DNA from: Gemmatimonadales bacterium
GTDB taxonomy: Bacteria > Gemmatimonadota > Gemmatimonadetes > Gemmatimonadales > GWC2-71-9
Direction of reading: 5' to 3'
DNA: 64,000 nt
Assembly (NCBI GenBank): GCA_033764505.1
Contig: JANRIW010000027.1
Coordinates: 7,831 to 71,830 of the forward strand
The notes below the pieces were generated by a model that saw nothing but the letters and a program-made list of their open reading frames with translations, had not been told where the DNA came from and did not search any database. Shown here piece by piece: positions 48,793 to 58,194 of the stretch. How positions within the stretch are numbered: position 1 is the first letter of the stretch; every line of letters starts with the position of its first letter. The position numbers and the translations under genes are program-made.

Positions 48793-50219
48793 AGTTCGCC
48801 TGTGCCGTTTCGATTCTTCTGCTTGCCGTCGCGTGCAGCAAACCCGAGCCCGCCCCGACCTACCAGGCGGTGCCGGTGCAGACGCGCGACATTGTCGTGA
48901 CGGCGCAGGCTGCGGGGTCGATCCTTCCCGATACCGTAGTCGAGGTCAAGTCCAAGGCATCGGGAGAAATTCTCGAGTTCAACGTCCAGACCGGCCAATT
49001 GGTGCAGCGCGGCCAGTTGCTGGCCCGCATCGATCGCCGCGCGCCGCAGAACCAGTTGTCGCAGGCGACAGCGCAACTGGAAGTGGCCGAGGCGCAGCTC
49101 CGCAATGCCGAGTCGCAATTGCGGCGCTCGCAGGAACTCTATGATGCCAGCGCCCTCAGCCAGCAGGAGCTGGAGACCGCTCAGTTGGCCGTGGCCAATT
49201 CCAGGGCATCGGTCGTGAGTGGCCAGGTGCAGGTGGAGAACGCCAAGATCGCACTTGACGATACCGAGGTGAGGGCGCCGATGACCGGCACGATCATCGT
49301 CAAGAATGTCGAGCGCGGTGCTGTGATCTCCTCGCCGGTGAGCGACGTCGGCGGCGGCACGGCGCTGGCCCGGATGGCCGATTTGTCGCTGGTTCAGGTC
49401 AAGACTTACGTGGACCAGACCGACATCGGCAAGATCCAGCCGGGGTTGGAGACCAGCGTCCGGGTCGAGGCCTATCCGAACAGGCCATTCCGGGGCGAGG
49501 TCATCAAAGTCGAGCCGCAGGCCGACACCATTTCGAGCGTGGTGATGTTCGCGGTGCTGGTGCGGATCGACAACCGCGAGGGATTGCTCAAGCCCGGAAT
49601 GTCCGCCGAGGTGCAGATCTCGGTGGGTGACGCCAAGGGAGTGCTGTCGGTCCCCAACGCGGCACTCCGCACCGAGCGCGATGCAGCTTCCGCAGCTGGC
49701 GTCCTGGGCATCAGTCCCGAAGATTTTGCCCAGCAGTTGGCTCAGGCCAAGGAAGCTTTTTCCCCCGCACCGCCTCCCGGAGACACCGGCGCGCGGGCGG
49801 CTCTCGGCAACGGCGGAGCGGGCGCTGATCGCAATGGTTCTGGCGGTGTTCGACCAAACGGCAACGGCGGCGCTGGCGGCGCGCGGCCCGGCGGTACGGG
49901 TGGTCGTCCACCTGCCGGCTTCCCCGGTGGCCGCGGTGGGATGGGTGGTCAGCGCGGCGGAGCCGGACGCGCCTCGACCGATGCGCTGTTCGGGGGGACA
50001 TACATCGTCTTCGCAGTACGCGATGGCAAGCCGACCCCGGTCTATGTTCGCACCGGAATAACCGACCTCGATTGGTCGGAAGTGCGCAGCGGATTGCAGG
50101 AGGGCGATTCCGTGATGCTGCTGCCGAGCGCCTCGCTGATCCAGGCCCAGCAAGGGCTGCAGGAGCGGATCGGCCGCAATTCAGGATTGCCGGGCCAGGG
50201 CAGCGGAGGGGGACGATAA
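48789..50219 (+). CDS. MacA-like periplasmic adaptor with Gly-rich insert
   Basis: [28 protein letters not shown]. Confidence 0.92.
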   Translation: MKFACAVSILLLAVACSKPEPAPTYQAVPVQTRDIVVTAQAAGSILPDTVVEVKSKASGEILEFNVQTGQLVQRGQLLARIDRRAPQNQLSQATAQLEVAEAQLRNAESQLRRSQELYDASALSQQELETAQLAVANSRASVVSGQVQVENAKIALDDTEVRAPMTGTIIVKNVERGAVISSPVSDVGGGTALARMADLSLVQVKTYVDQTDIGKIQPGLETSVRVEAYPNRPFRGEVIKVEPQADTISSVVMFAVLVRIDNREGLLKPGMSAEVQISVGDAKGVLSVPNAALRTERDAASAAGVLGISPEDFAQQLAQAKEAFSPAPPPGDTGARAALGNGGAGADRNGSGGVRPNGNGGAGGARPGGTGGRPPAGFPGGRGGMGGQRGGAGRASTDALFGGTYIVFAVRDGKPTPVYVRTGITDLDWSEVRSGLQEGDSVMLLPSASLIQAQQGLQERIGRNSGLPGQGSGGGR

Positions 50220-50220
50220 G

Positions 50221-51432
50221 ATGCTGATCGGCGAAACCGTACGGGTGGCGTTCCAGAGCATCCGGGCCAACAAGCTGCGGGCCATGCTCACGATGCTGGG
50301 TGTGATCATCGGGGTCGCCGCCGTCATCACCGTGGTGGCGATGGGAACCGGCGCACAGCGTTCCGTCGAGGCGCGCATCAACGCGCTCGGCGCCAACCTG
50401 ATCCAGATCAACGCCGGACAGGACCGGATGGCCGGCGTGGCTCGTGAGGGGGGGGCACCGCTCACCACTGATGATGCCGAGGCGTTGCGGCGCGACGTGG
50501 CGTCCCTGACGGCCGTGGTACCTGAGATGTCCCGCAACCAGCAGGTGGTCAGCGGCAACAGCAATATCAATGTCAGCGTCGTGGGAGCCACCGCCGGCTA
50601 CCTCGAGGCACGCAATTACACCATCACCCAGGGCCGGATGTTCTCCGTGGGTGATGATGCCTCCCGGCAACGCTATGCCGTGGTCGGCTCCGACGTGCCC
50701 AAGATGCTGGACATCCCGCCCGCCGCGATCATCGGACGGACCATCACCATCCGGGCCATTCCATTCGAGGTCATCGGGGTGTTGAGCGAGAAGGGCTCGC
50801 AGGGATGGCAGAACCCGGATGAGCAGATCCTGATTCCGCTCAACACCGCCCGGTACCGGGTGATGGGCACCGACCGGCTGCGGACCATCTCGGTCACCGT
50901 GGCCGACGGAGTGCCGCAGGAACAGGCGATGGTAGATGTTGAGCGGGTGATGCGGCGCGAGCACAAGATCCGCCCTGGCGGAATCAATGACTTCCAGGTG
51001 CGGTCGCCCAAGGAGTTCCTGGCCACGGCCGAGGAGACCAGCAAGACCTTCTCGGCGCTGCTCCTCTCCATCGCTGGAGTTTCGCTTCTGGTCGGCGGCA
51101 TCGGCATCATGAACATCATGCTGGTATCGGTGACGGAGCGTACCAAGGAAATCGGCATCCGCAAGGCACTCGGAGCCACCAAGATCGTGATCCTCTCCCA
51201 GTTCCTCATCGAAGCGCTGGTGCTCTGCCTAACCGGCGGCGGACTCGGTATCCTGCTCGGCTGGGGCACCTCGCAGATCGTCAGCGACAAACTCGGCTGG
51301 GTCACCGAGATCTCGCCAAGTGCGGTGGTCGTCGCTTTCGGATTTTCGGCATTCGTCGGTCTCTTCTTCGGACTCTGGCCGGCCCGGCGCGCAGCCAGCC
51401 TCGATCCGATTCAGGCACTCCGCTACGAATGA
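50221..51432 (+). CDS. MacB-type ABC permease
   Basis: LTMLGVIIG, GGIGIMNIMLVSVTERTKEIGIRKALGA, DPIQALRYE. Confidence 0.95.
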   Translation: MLIGETVRVAFQSIRANKLRAMLTMLGVIIGVAAVITVVAMGTGAQRSVEARINALGANLIQINAGQDRMAGVAREGGAPLTTDDAEALRRDVASLTAVVPEMSRNQQVVSGNSNINVSVVGATAGYLEARNYTITQGRMFSVGDDASRQRYAVVGSDVPKMLDIPPAAIIGRTITIRAIPFEVIGVLSEKGSQGWQNPDEQILIPLNTARYRVMGTDRLRTISVTVADGVPQEQAMVDVERVMRREHKIRPGGINDFQVRSPKEFLATAEETSKTFSALLLSIAGVSLLVGGIGIMNIMLVSVTERTKEIGIRKALGATKIVILSQFLIEALVLCLTGGGLGILLGWGTSQIVSDKLGWVTEISPSAVVVAFGFSAFVGLFFGLWPARRAASLDPIQALRYE

Positions 51433-51450
51433 GGGCGAGCGGCGGAGGCG

Positions 51451-51641
51451 GGTGAGGGGTGAACGATGAGGGGTGAGGGGTGAGGGGTGAAACGTAAAAG
51501 GTGAAACGGAGGACGGTGAACTGACCACACTACCGTTTCACCTTTCACCTTTCACCTTTCACCTTTCACCACTCGCCATCCACCACTCGCCATTCACCAC
51601 TCGCCATCCACCACTCGCCATCCACCGCTTCCCGTTCACCC
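51451..51641. repeat. Compound heptamer inverted-arm element with a 14-mer higher-order array
   Basis: GGTGAGG/GTGAAAC arm, core, GTTTCAC (CTTTCAC)x4, then (CACCACTCGCCATY)x4 at 51567-51622. Confidence 0.92.
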
Positions 51642-51663
51642 GGTTCCCCTTATCTTGGTCGCC

Positions 51664-53963
51664 ATGAATCGTCTCGCGCTTGCCTTGCTGCTGCTCGTCC
51701 CCGCCGTCGTGTCATCCCAGGAGGCACCGCCAGACCTGCCGATCCCCGGCTCGGAAGTCGAGATCGCCGTTGATGGCGTGCTTGACGAGCCGGTCTGGAG
51801 CAGGGCTGCACGGGCCGGGAATTTCTTCCAGTTCCGCCCGGTCGATTCGCGCCCGGCCGAGGACTCGACGGTGGTGCTGGTCTGGTACTCCCCGACCGCA
51901 ATCCATTTCGGAATCCTGGCATACGATCGTGAACCCGGCACGGTGCGGGCGACGTTGTCTGATCGTGACAACATCGGCAGCGATGACCAGGTGATGATCT
52001 ATCTCGACACCTTCAACGACCGGCGCCGGGCCTATTTTTTCGGAGTCAACCCGTTCGGCATTCAGGACGACGGGGTGCGCAGCGAGGGCGGTTTTTCAAC
52101 CTCGAGCGGCGGTTCCGGAAGCACCGACCGCAATCCCGACTTCATCTGGGAAAGCAAGGGGCAGCTGACGCCGTTCGGCTGGTCGGCTGAAATCAAGGTG
52201 CCGTTCAAGACCCTGCGTTGGGGGGGGGAGAGAACCTCACATGGGGCTTCAACGTCCAGCGCACCACGCGGCGGACCGGCTACGAGGACACCTGGACCGA
52301 CGTGCGGCGCGCCAACGCCTCCTTCCTGGCACAGGCGGGAACTATTTCCGGCATCAGCGGCATTCGCCGGGGAATCGTGACGGAACTCCAGCCCACCCTC
52401 ACGATGGATCTGAACGGGATGCGGCAGCCGGATGGCTCCTTCGATCGTGATGACGTCGGGGTCGATGTGGGCGGCAACGTCCGCTTCGGTTTCACCAAGA
52501 TGACGCTCGACGGCACCATCAACCCGGACTTTTCCCAGGTCGAGTCCGATGCCGGTTTGGTGACCATCAACGAGCGATTCGCGCTCTTCTTTCCGGAGCG
52601 GCGTCCGTTCTTCCTGGAGGGGATCGAGCTGTTCGCCTCGCCCAACAGTCTGATCTACACCCGGACCGTGAGCGATCCGCTGGCCGGCGCCAAGCTCACC
52701 GGCAAGCTCGGCTCCTGGTCGGTGGCCCACCTCACCGCGGTAGACGAGTTCGGGCAGGCTCGCGACGGCGGGGTGGACAGTGACACCAGGGCATTCGTCA
52801 ATCTGACCCGGCTCCGGCGCGACGTCGGCGAGAACTCCGTTGCCGGCCTGACGCTCACCAATCGAGATGAAGACGGTGACTACAACCGGGTTCTGGCGGC
52901 CGACACTCGCCTGGTCTTCAAGAAGCTGTACTACCTCCAGGTGCAGGCCGGCGCGTCGATCACCCGGGACGGTCGCGATGACGACGTCCGGAGCGACCCG
53001 ATCTGGGAGGTGGAAGTCGACCGTACCGGTCGCGCCTTCGGCTTCAACTACAAGGTCACCGCGCTCGGCGAGGACTTCGAGAGCTGGAGCGGCTTCGTCA
53101 ACCGGACCGGGATCGTCACCGGCCGCGCCTCCAATCGCTACACCGCCTACGGTGCCCGTGGTGCTCTGGTGGAGCAGGCGACCGTATTCGGCAGTCTGAA
53201 CCGGATCTGGGACGACGGCGAGCTCTTCGGCAACCGCCCCATCGAGGGGAGCAGCGGCGGCAACTGGTCACTCAGGCTCAGGGGTGGCTGGAATCTGAGC
53301 GGCACGCTGAACAACGACTTTGTCCGCTTCGATCCCGATGACTACACCCGCTACAGTGTCGCGGCTCCCGGCGGCAGTATGCCCTTTGATCTCGCCGAGG
53401 GCAGCTTCGACATGTGGAACGGCAATGTCAGCGTCAGCACCCCGACTTACCGGCAATGGGACGCCTCGATCCGGCTCCAGACTGGCCGGAGCGCCATCTT
53501 TCCGGAGGCGGCCAGAGGCACACTCAATTCGGCCACCGCTTCGCTGACGCTCCGCCCGAGTTCGGCTGTGCGAGTGTTCGGGACTCTGCGGGTGCAGGAA
53601 TTGAACCGAGCGTCGGACGGCAGCGAGTTCGGTCGTACCATCCTGCCCCGGCTCAAGGTGGAGGTGCAGCCGGACCGCTTCTTCTTCTTCCGCCTGGTGG
53701 CGGAGTACCGGAGCGAGCGGCAATCGGCACTGCGCGACCCCACCACCGGTTCGCCAATCCTGATCAACGGTCTACCCGGGGCCGCCCGGCAGACCGACCA
53801 ACTGCGGATGGATTGGCTCGCCTCGTATGAGCCGACTCCCGGAACGGTGGCGTTCTTCGGCTACGGTGCCACACTCAACGGCGACTCCCCGCTCACCATC
53901 AGGGGCCTGGAGCGGACCGATGACGGCTTTTTCGTGAAGCTGGCGTATCTGTTCAGGAATTAA
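51664..53963 (+). pseudogene. CBM9-like/DUF5916 outer-membrane protein split by a frameshift at a G9 tract
   Basis: ORF1 DGVLDEPVW...GWSAEIKVPFKTLRW continues in the -1 frame as TWGFNV...INPDFSQVESD...FPERRPFFLEG; G9 at 52220-52228. Confidence 0.85.
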
Positions 53964-53985
53964 AGAGAGAAGGAGAGAAGGAGAG
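53962..53985. repeat. Single octamer arm starting in a stop codon
   Basis: AAAGAGAG AAGGAGAG AAGGAGAG. Confidence 0.8.
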
Positions 53986-54030
53986 GGCTCTTCCGGAACC
54001 TCAAGCCGGGGTTTCAGCGTACCGAAGATC

Positions 54031-54468
54031 ATGACGAACTTCATTCCTGCCCTGTCCCGCCTTGCGGGGTGTTGCGTGTGTGCCCTCTTCGTTGCCTGTG
54101 GTGAGGGCAATTCCCCGGCGCCCGGTGTGCCGGTTCCGGCTGCCCCGGTTTCCGCCACGCCTGCCAAGACTCTGCGTATCGACATGACCGATCAGATGAC
54201 CTACGCTCCGATCCATCCGACCATTGCCGTGGGCGATACGGTCGAGTGGGTCAACGTCGGAGCGATGCCGCACACCGCCACCGACTTTCCCGGCGCGGCT
54301 GCTGTTGCAGTCAATCAGGTTCTCCCGGATGGGGCGACGCCGTTCGACACTGAATCGGTCATGGGCGGCGAGACTTCGCGGATTGTCTTCACCACACCCG
54401 GAGAGTACACCTACCTGTGCATCTTCCATGAGGGAATGAAGATGGTCGGTCGGCTGACAGTGAAGTGA
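54031..54468 (+). CDS. Type 1 blue copper protein (plastocyanin/azurin family) lipoprotein
   Basis: VGDTVEWVN, PHT, YLCIFH....M. Confidence 0.9.
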   Translation: MTNFIPALSRLAGCCVCALFVACGEGNSPAPGVPVPAAPVSATPAKTLRIDMTDQMTYAPIHPTIAVGDTVEWVNVGAMPHTATDFPGAAAVAVNQVLPDGATPFDTESVMGGETSRIVFTTPGEYTYLCIFHEGMKMVGRLTVK

Positions 54469-55256
54469 GGAATGCACTGCGGGAGCATTGGCCTGAGTAC
54501 CTGATCGAAGGATTGGGAGTCGCGGTGCTGATGCTGGTCATAGCCATGGGGGGGACGCTGCTGCATCACCCTGCCTCGCCGGTGTTTGCCGCCCTGCCAT
54601 CGGCTTGGCTGCGCCAGGCAATAATGGGGCTGCTGATGGGCTGCATTCTGGTCGTGATGATCCGCTCACGCTGGGGCCAGCGCTCCGGTGCCCATTTCAA
54701 TCCAGCGCTGACCATCACCTTCTATCGGCTCGGAGTGGTTCATCGCGCCGATGCGATCTGGTATGTCTCAGCCCATTTTGCCGGAGGAGTTGGCGGTATC
54801 GCCTTGGCAAGGCTGATCCTGGGGGATATGCTGCTGCACCCGGAGGTCAATTCGATGGTGACCGCTCCCGGTACAGCCGGTGCGGTCGGCGCCTTCCTGG
54901 GCGAGCTGGTCATTGCGGCCATCCTGATGTTCACGGTGCTCTGGTTCACCAATCGACCGCATCTCAACCGATGGACTGGGGTGGTGCTCGCCTCGTTGCT
55001 GGTCCTTTTCCTGTTGCTGGAAGCACCGCTATCCGGGATGAGTCTCAATCCGGCGCGTTCCTTCGCCTCGGCCACGTCGGCCTGGGTGTGGACCGCGGAA
55101 TGGGTCTACTTCGCGGCACCGCTGATTGGAATGTCGCTGGCGGCCGCGGCATATCAACGGCTCTCCAGCGCCCGGCGGGTGCTCTGCGCCAAGCTGCATC
55201 ACGACAACCACGAGCGCTGCATCTTCCGCTGCAGCTACCCAGTCCCGACCAACTGA
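54465..55256 (+). CDS. MIP/aquaporin family channel
   Basis: SGAHFNPA and SLNPARS; Cys/His-rich tail. Confidence 0.93.
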   Translation: MRNALREHWPEYLIEGLGVAVLMLVIAMGGTLLHHPASPVFAALPSAWLRQAIMGLLMGCILVVMIRSRWGQRSGAHFNPALTITFYRLGVVHRADAIWYVSAHFAGGVGGIALARLILGDMLLHPEVNSMVTAPGTAGAVGAFLGELVIAAILMFTVLWFTNRPHLNRWTGVVLASLLVLFLLLEAPLSGMSLNPARSFASATSAWVWTAEWVYFAAPLIGMSLAAAAYQRLSSARRVLCAKLHHDNHERCIFRCSYPVPTN

Positions 55257-55319
55257 ACTACCATCCCGTCACGTCGGCAGCGTCCGGCGGTGCACACAAA
55301 CTCATTCCCACGGATCGCC

Positions 55320-55796
55320 ATGTCTTCACCGGTTCGACCACGCACCATTTGGATCGACGCCGATGCCACCCCGCGTGACGTCAAGGAAATCGTCTTCCGC
55401 GCCGCCAAGCGACTCGGCATTCCGACCATCCTGGTCGCCAATCAGCGGCTCGACCCGCCGCTCGGCAATCCGATGATCACCGCTGTCAGGGTGGATGGCG
55501 GCCCGGACGTGGCCGATCAATACATCGTCGATCACGCCGTGCAGGGGGACCTCGTGGTGACGCAGGACATCCCGCTGGCCGCGCTGCTGGTACCGATGGG
55601 GGTCACTGTGCTCGATCCGCGAGGCGAGGAGCACACCGAGGAGACGATCGGTGAGCGACTCTCGGTCCGCAACCTGATGGAGTCATTCAGGAGTGCCGGC
55701 GTGGTGACCGGTGGCCCGCCGCCCTGGCACTCTCGCGACAAGCAGGCGTTCGCAGGGGCGCTCGACAGAGTCCTGACCCGGCTCCGGCGGAGCTGA
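55320..55796 (+). CDS. YaiI/YqxD (UPF0178) family protein
   Basis: IWIDADATP, DVAD, VTQDIPLA, PRG. Confidence 0.92.
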   Translation: MSSPVRPRTIWIDADATPRDVKEIVFRAAKRLGIPTILVANQRLDPPLGNPMITAVRVDGGPDVADQYIVDHAVQGDLVVTQDIPLAALLVPMGVTVLDPRGEEHTEETIGERLSVRNLMESFRSAGVVTGGPPPWHSRDKQAFAGALDRVLTRLRRS

Positions 55797-55835
55797 GGCG
55801 GCGATATCTTTCGGAGTCCTCGCGCTGGAGCAGTC

Positions 55836-57557
55836 ATGAAGAGACGACTGGGTGAAGAGCTGGTGGCAGCAGGTCTCGCCACCACCGAAGAGATCGAGTC
55901 GGCAGCGGCCGAATCTGCGGTGAGCCACCAGCGACTGGGCGAAGTGCTGATCGCTCATGGCGTCCTCGAAGAGCGTGATGTCTATCGCGCGCTCGCCACG
56001 CTCCATGGCGCGGAATACCAGAGCAGCGACGACCTCCTGCAGGTGATCGATCCGAAACTTGCCATTGCGGTGCCGCAGCGGTTCCAACAATTCCACCAGG
56101 TATTGCCGGTATCCCTGGATGGTGACACCCTGACGGTGGCCACCAGTGATCCGCTGGCAGAGGTTCCCGAACTCGGCCGGGCATTGGGCGCACGGTCAAT
56201 CCGGCGTGTCGTGGTTACCCCTACCGACCTGAGACGCCTGCGAATGGCGATCGAGGCGACCCCCAATGACGCGCCGAACGCAGAAGCAGCATCTCCCCGC
56301 CTTGCCGATGATCTGCTTGCCGCCGACCCCGGTACCACCGAATCGGCGCAGAAACTGCTCGATGTTCTCCTGCTCGACGCCGTCGCCGAACGGGCCAGCG
56401 ACATCCACATCGAGTCTTATCGCGGGCAGACGCGCATCCGGATCCGGGTCGACGGTGACCTCCGCAACCTCAATCACTATCATCTGACCGACCTGCAACG
56501 ACTCGGCCTGATAAACGTGATCAAGGTGCGGGCACGCCTGGACATCGCCGAACATCGGCTGCCGCAGGGCGGCCGCTTCGTGACGCGTGCCGGGAGCCAG
56601 GCGTTCGACATCCGCACCCAGACGCAGCCGTGTCTGCACGGCGAGCATGTGGTGATGCGCCTGCTGCCGCAGGACGCCACCCTGGTCGGAATTCACGAGC
56701 TCGGCTTCCCCGCGCCCATCGCCGCCATCTATCGCCGACTGCTCGATTCCCCCGGTGGGCTGGTGTTGGTGGTCGGTCCGACGGGATCAGGAAAGTCAAC
56801 CACGCTGTACGCTGGGCTGCAGGTGCTGGCGGCCGATCCGTCGCGCAAGGTGATCACCGTCGAGGATCCGATCGAGTATGCCCTCGACGGGATCCAGCAG
56901 ACCCAGGTCCGCCCTGAAATCGGCTTCGAGTTCGCCAACGCCATGAGGGCCTTCGTGCGCGAGGATCCCGACGTGATTCTGGTCGGCGAGATCCGCGACG
57001 GAGAAACCGCGCTGGAGGCGCTGCGTGCCTCACAAACAGGTCACCTGGTCCTCTCGACCCTCCACTGCAACGACACCGTTGATGCGGTGCAGCGCCTGAT
57101 CGACCTCGGCATGCACCCGAACTCGATCGGCAGCGAACTGCTGGCGGTCTTCTCGCAGCGGTTGGCGCGACGCATCTGCGAATCGTGCCGCAGTCCGACC
57201 TATCCGCCGGGCGACCTCGCGGCGGAGGTGTTCCCCGACGGGATTCCCGATTCGATGGAGTTCTTCAAGGGCAGCGGTTGTGATCACTGCCGGGGAAGCG
57301 GCTGCTATGGCCGGATAGCGGTGATCGAATATCTGCCGGCGTCACCGGCACTCCGGATGGCGATCTCGAGGCGCGCCTCGGTGGACGAGCTCAGACAGTT
57401 CGGACTCGGGGCCGGTCTGATGCCGCTCCGCGAACACGCGCTGGCACTGGTCTCGGAGGGAATCATTCCGCTCGAGGAATTGCGGACGATGCTGCCCCCC
57501 GAGCGACTCGCTCCCGAACACCGGGAAGTTGTTCAGCCAATGGCGGTCCAGCCGTAG
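55836..57557 (+). CDS. GspE/PilB family ATPase with MshEN-like N-terminus
   Basis: Two RLGExL motifs, ASDIHIE, GPTGSGKST, EDPIEY, VGEIRD, two CxxC. Confidence 0.93.
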   Translation: MKRRLGEELVAAGLATTEEIESAAAESAVSHQRLGEVLIAHGVLEERDVYRALATLHGAEYQSSDDLLQVIDPKLAIAVPQRFQQFHQVLPVSLDGDTLTVATSDPLAEVPELGRALGARSIRRVVVTPTDLRRLRMAIEATPNDAPNAEAASPRLADDLLAADPGTTESAQKLLDVLLLDAVAERASDIHIESYRGQTRIRIRVDGDLRNLNHYHLTDLQRLGLINVIKVRARLDIAEHRLPQGGRFVTRAGSQAFDIRTQTQPCLHGEHVVMRLLPQDATLVGIHELGFPAPIAAIYRRLLDSPGGLVLVVGPTGSGKSTTLYAGLQVLAADPSRKVITVEDPIEYALDGIQQTQVRPEIGFEFANAMRAFVREDPDVILVGEIRDGETALEALRASQTGHLVLSTLHCNDTVDAVQRLIDLGMHPNSIGSELLAVFSQRLARRICESCRSPTYPPGDLAAEVFPDGIPDSMEFFKGSGCDHCRGSGCYGRIAVIEYLPASPALRMAISRRASVDELRQFGLGAGLMPLREHALALVSEGIIPLEELRTMLPPERLAPEHREVVQPMAVQP

Positions 57558-58045
57558 CGAAGCAGGGAGGTCGACTCCTGATCCGTCGCAGTCGGCTCAA
57601 GGGTGAACCCGAGTTGGCCAAGCAGGCGGATCGAGCGGCTGTTGTCGGCATTCACGATCGCCAGCAGGTGCCGAATGCCGAGTTCATCGGTGGCGTGCTG
57701 CATCACCGCGGCGGCGGCCTCCCGGGCATAACCATGCCCGGTGTGCTCCGGCAGCAGCGCGTACCCCAGGTCGGGGGACGGCAGGGTGTCCCGCTTGAGG
57801 ATGCCGCACATTCCGATCGGCTCGCCGCTCTCCCGGAGCTCTACGCAATTGAGTCCATGGCCATGGGCAGCATAGCTCGCCATCGGTCCATCCCGCAGAT
57901 ATCGCTCGGCATCCGCCACCGAGCGCACCTGGCGATCGGCGATATTGTCGATGAACGACCGGTCATTGAGCAGGCGAAGAATGAATCCGGCATCGCCGGG
58001 GACGAAGTGCCGGATGCAGAGTCGTTTTGTGGTGCAGAGCGGCAT
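57533..58045 (-). CDS. GNAT (RimJ/RimL-like) acetyltransferase
   Basis: IGMCG, DLGYAL, GHGYARE, NSRSIRLL..LGF. Confidence 0.9.
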   Translation of the reverse strand: MPLCTTKRLCIRHFVPGDAGFILRLLNDRSFIDNIADRQVRSVADAERYLRDGPMASYAAHGHGLNCVELRESGEPIGMCGILKRDTLPSPDLGYALLPEHTGHGYAREAAAAVMQHATDELGIRHLLAIVNADNSRSIRLLGQLGFTLEPTATDQESTSLLRYGWTAIG

Positions 58046-58194
58046 GGGGCGGCTTCCGGCGATTGGTGACGGGCGACTCCCTGAAGGATCGGTGGAATTG
58101 CCCGCTGGCGGTAGTGGCCCTTTCCCTTGTCGCGGTTCAGGTCAATATTCCGACATCCCCCAGTCGCCTCCGCTTCCGGCACCAAGGGCCCTCA

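Noticed and set aside
49780-49975. Gly-rich low-complexity DNA in the adaptor gene as a repeat element
   Set aside because: In-frame disordered linker typical of MacA-like proteins.
48297-50153. Long antisense ORFs (618 aa here; also 3131-4429, 10765-12147, 28327-29784, 58219-59694)
   Set aside because: Shadow ORFs expected opposite high-GC genes; no recognisable motifs.
13421-51641. Repeat arrays as CRISPR, given the Cas4-like gene
   Set aside because: Units are 7-14 nt in direct tandem with no unique spacers, and there is no cas1/cas2 or effector gene.
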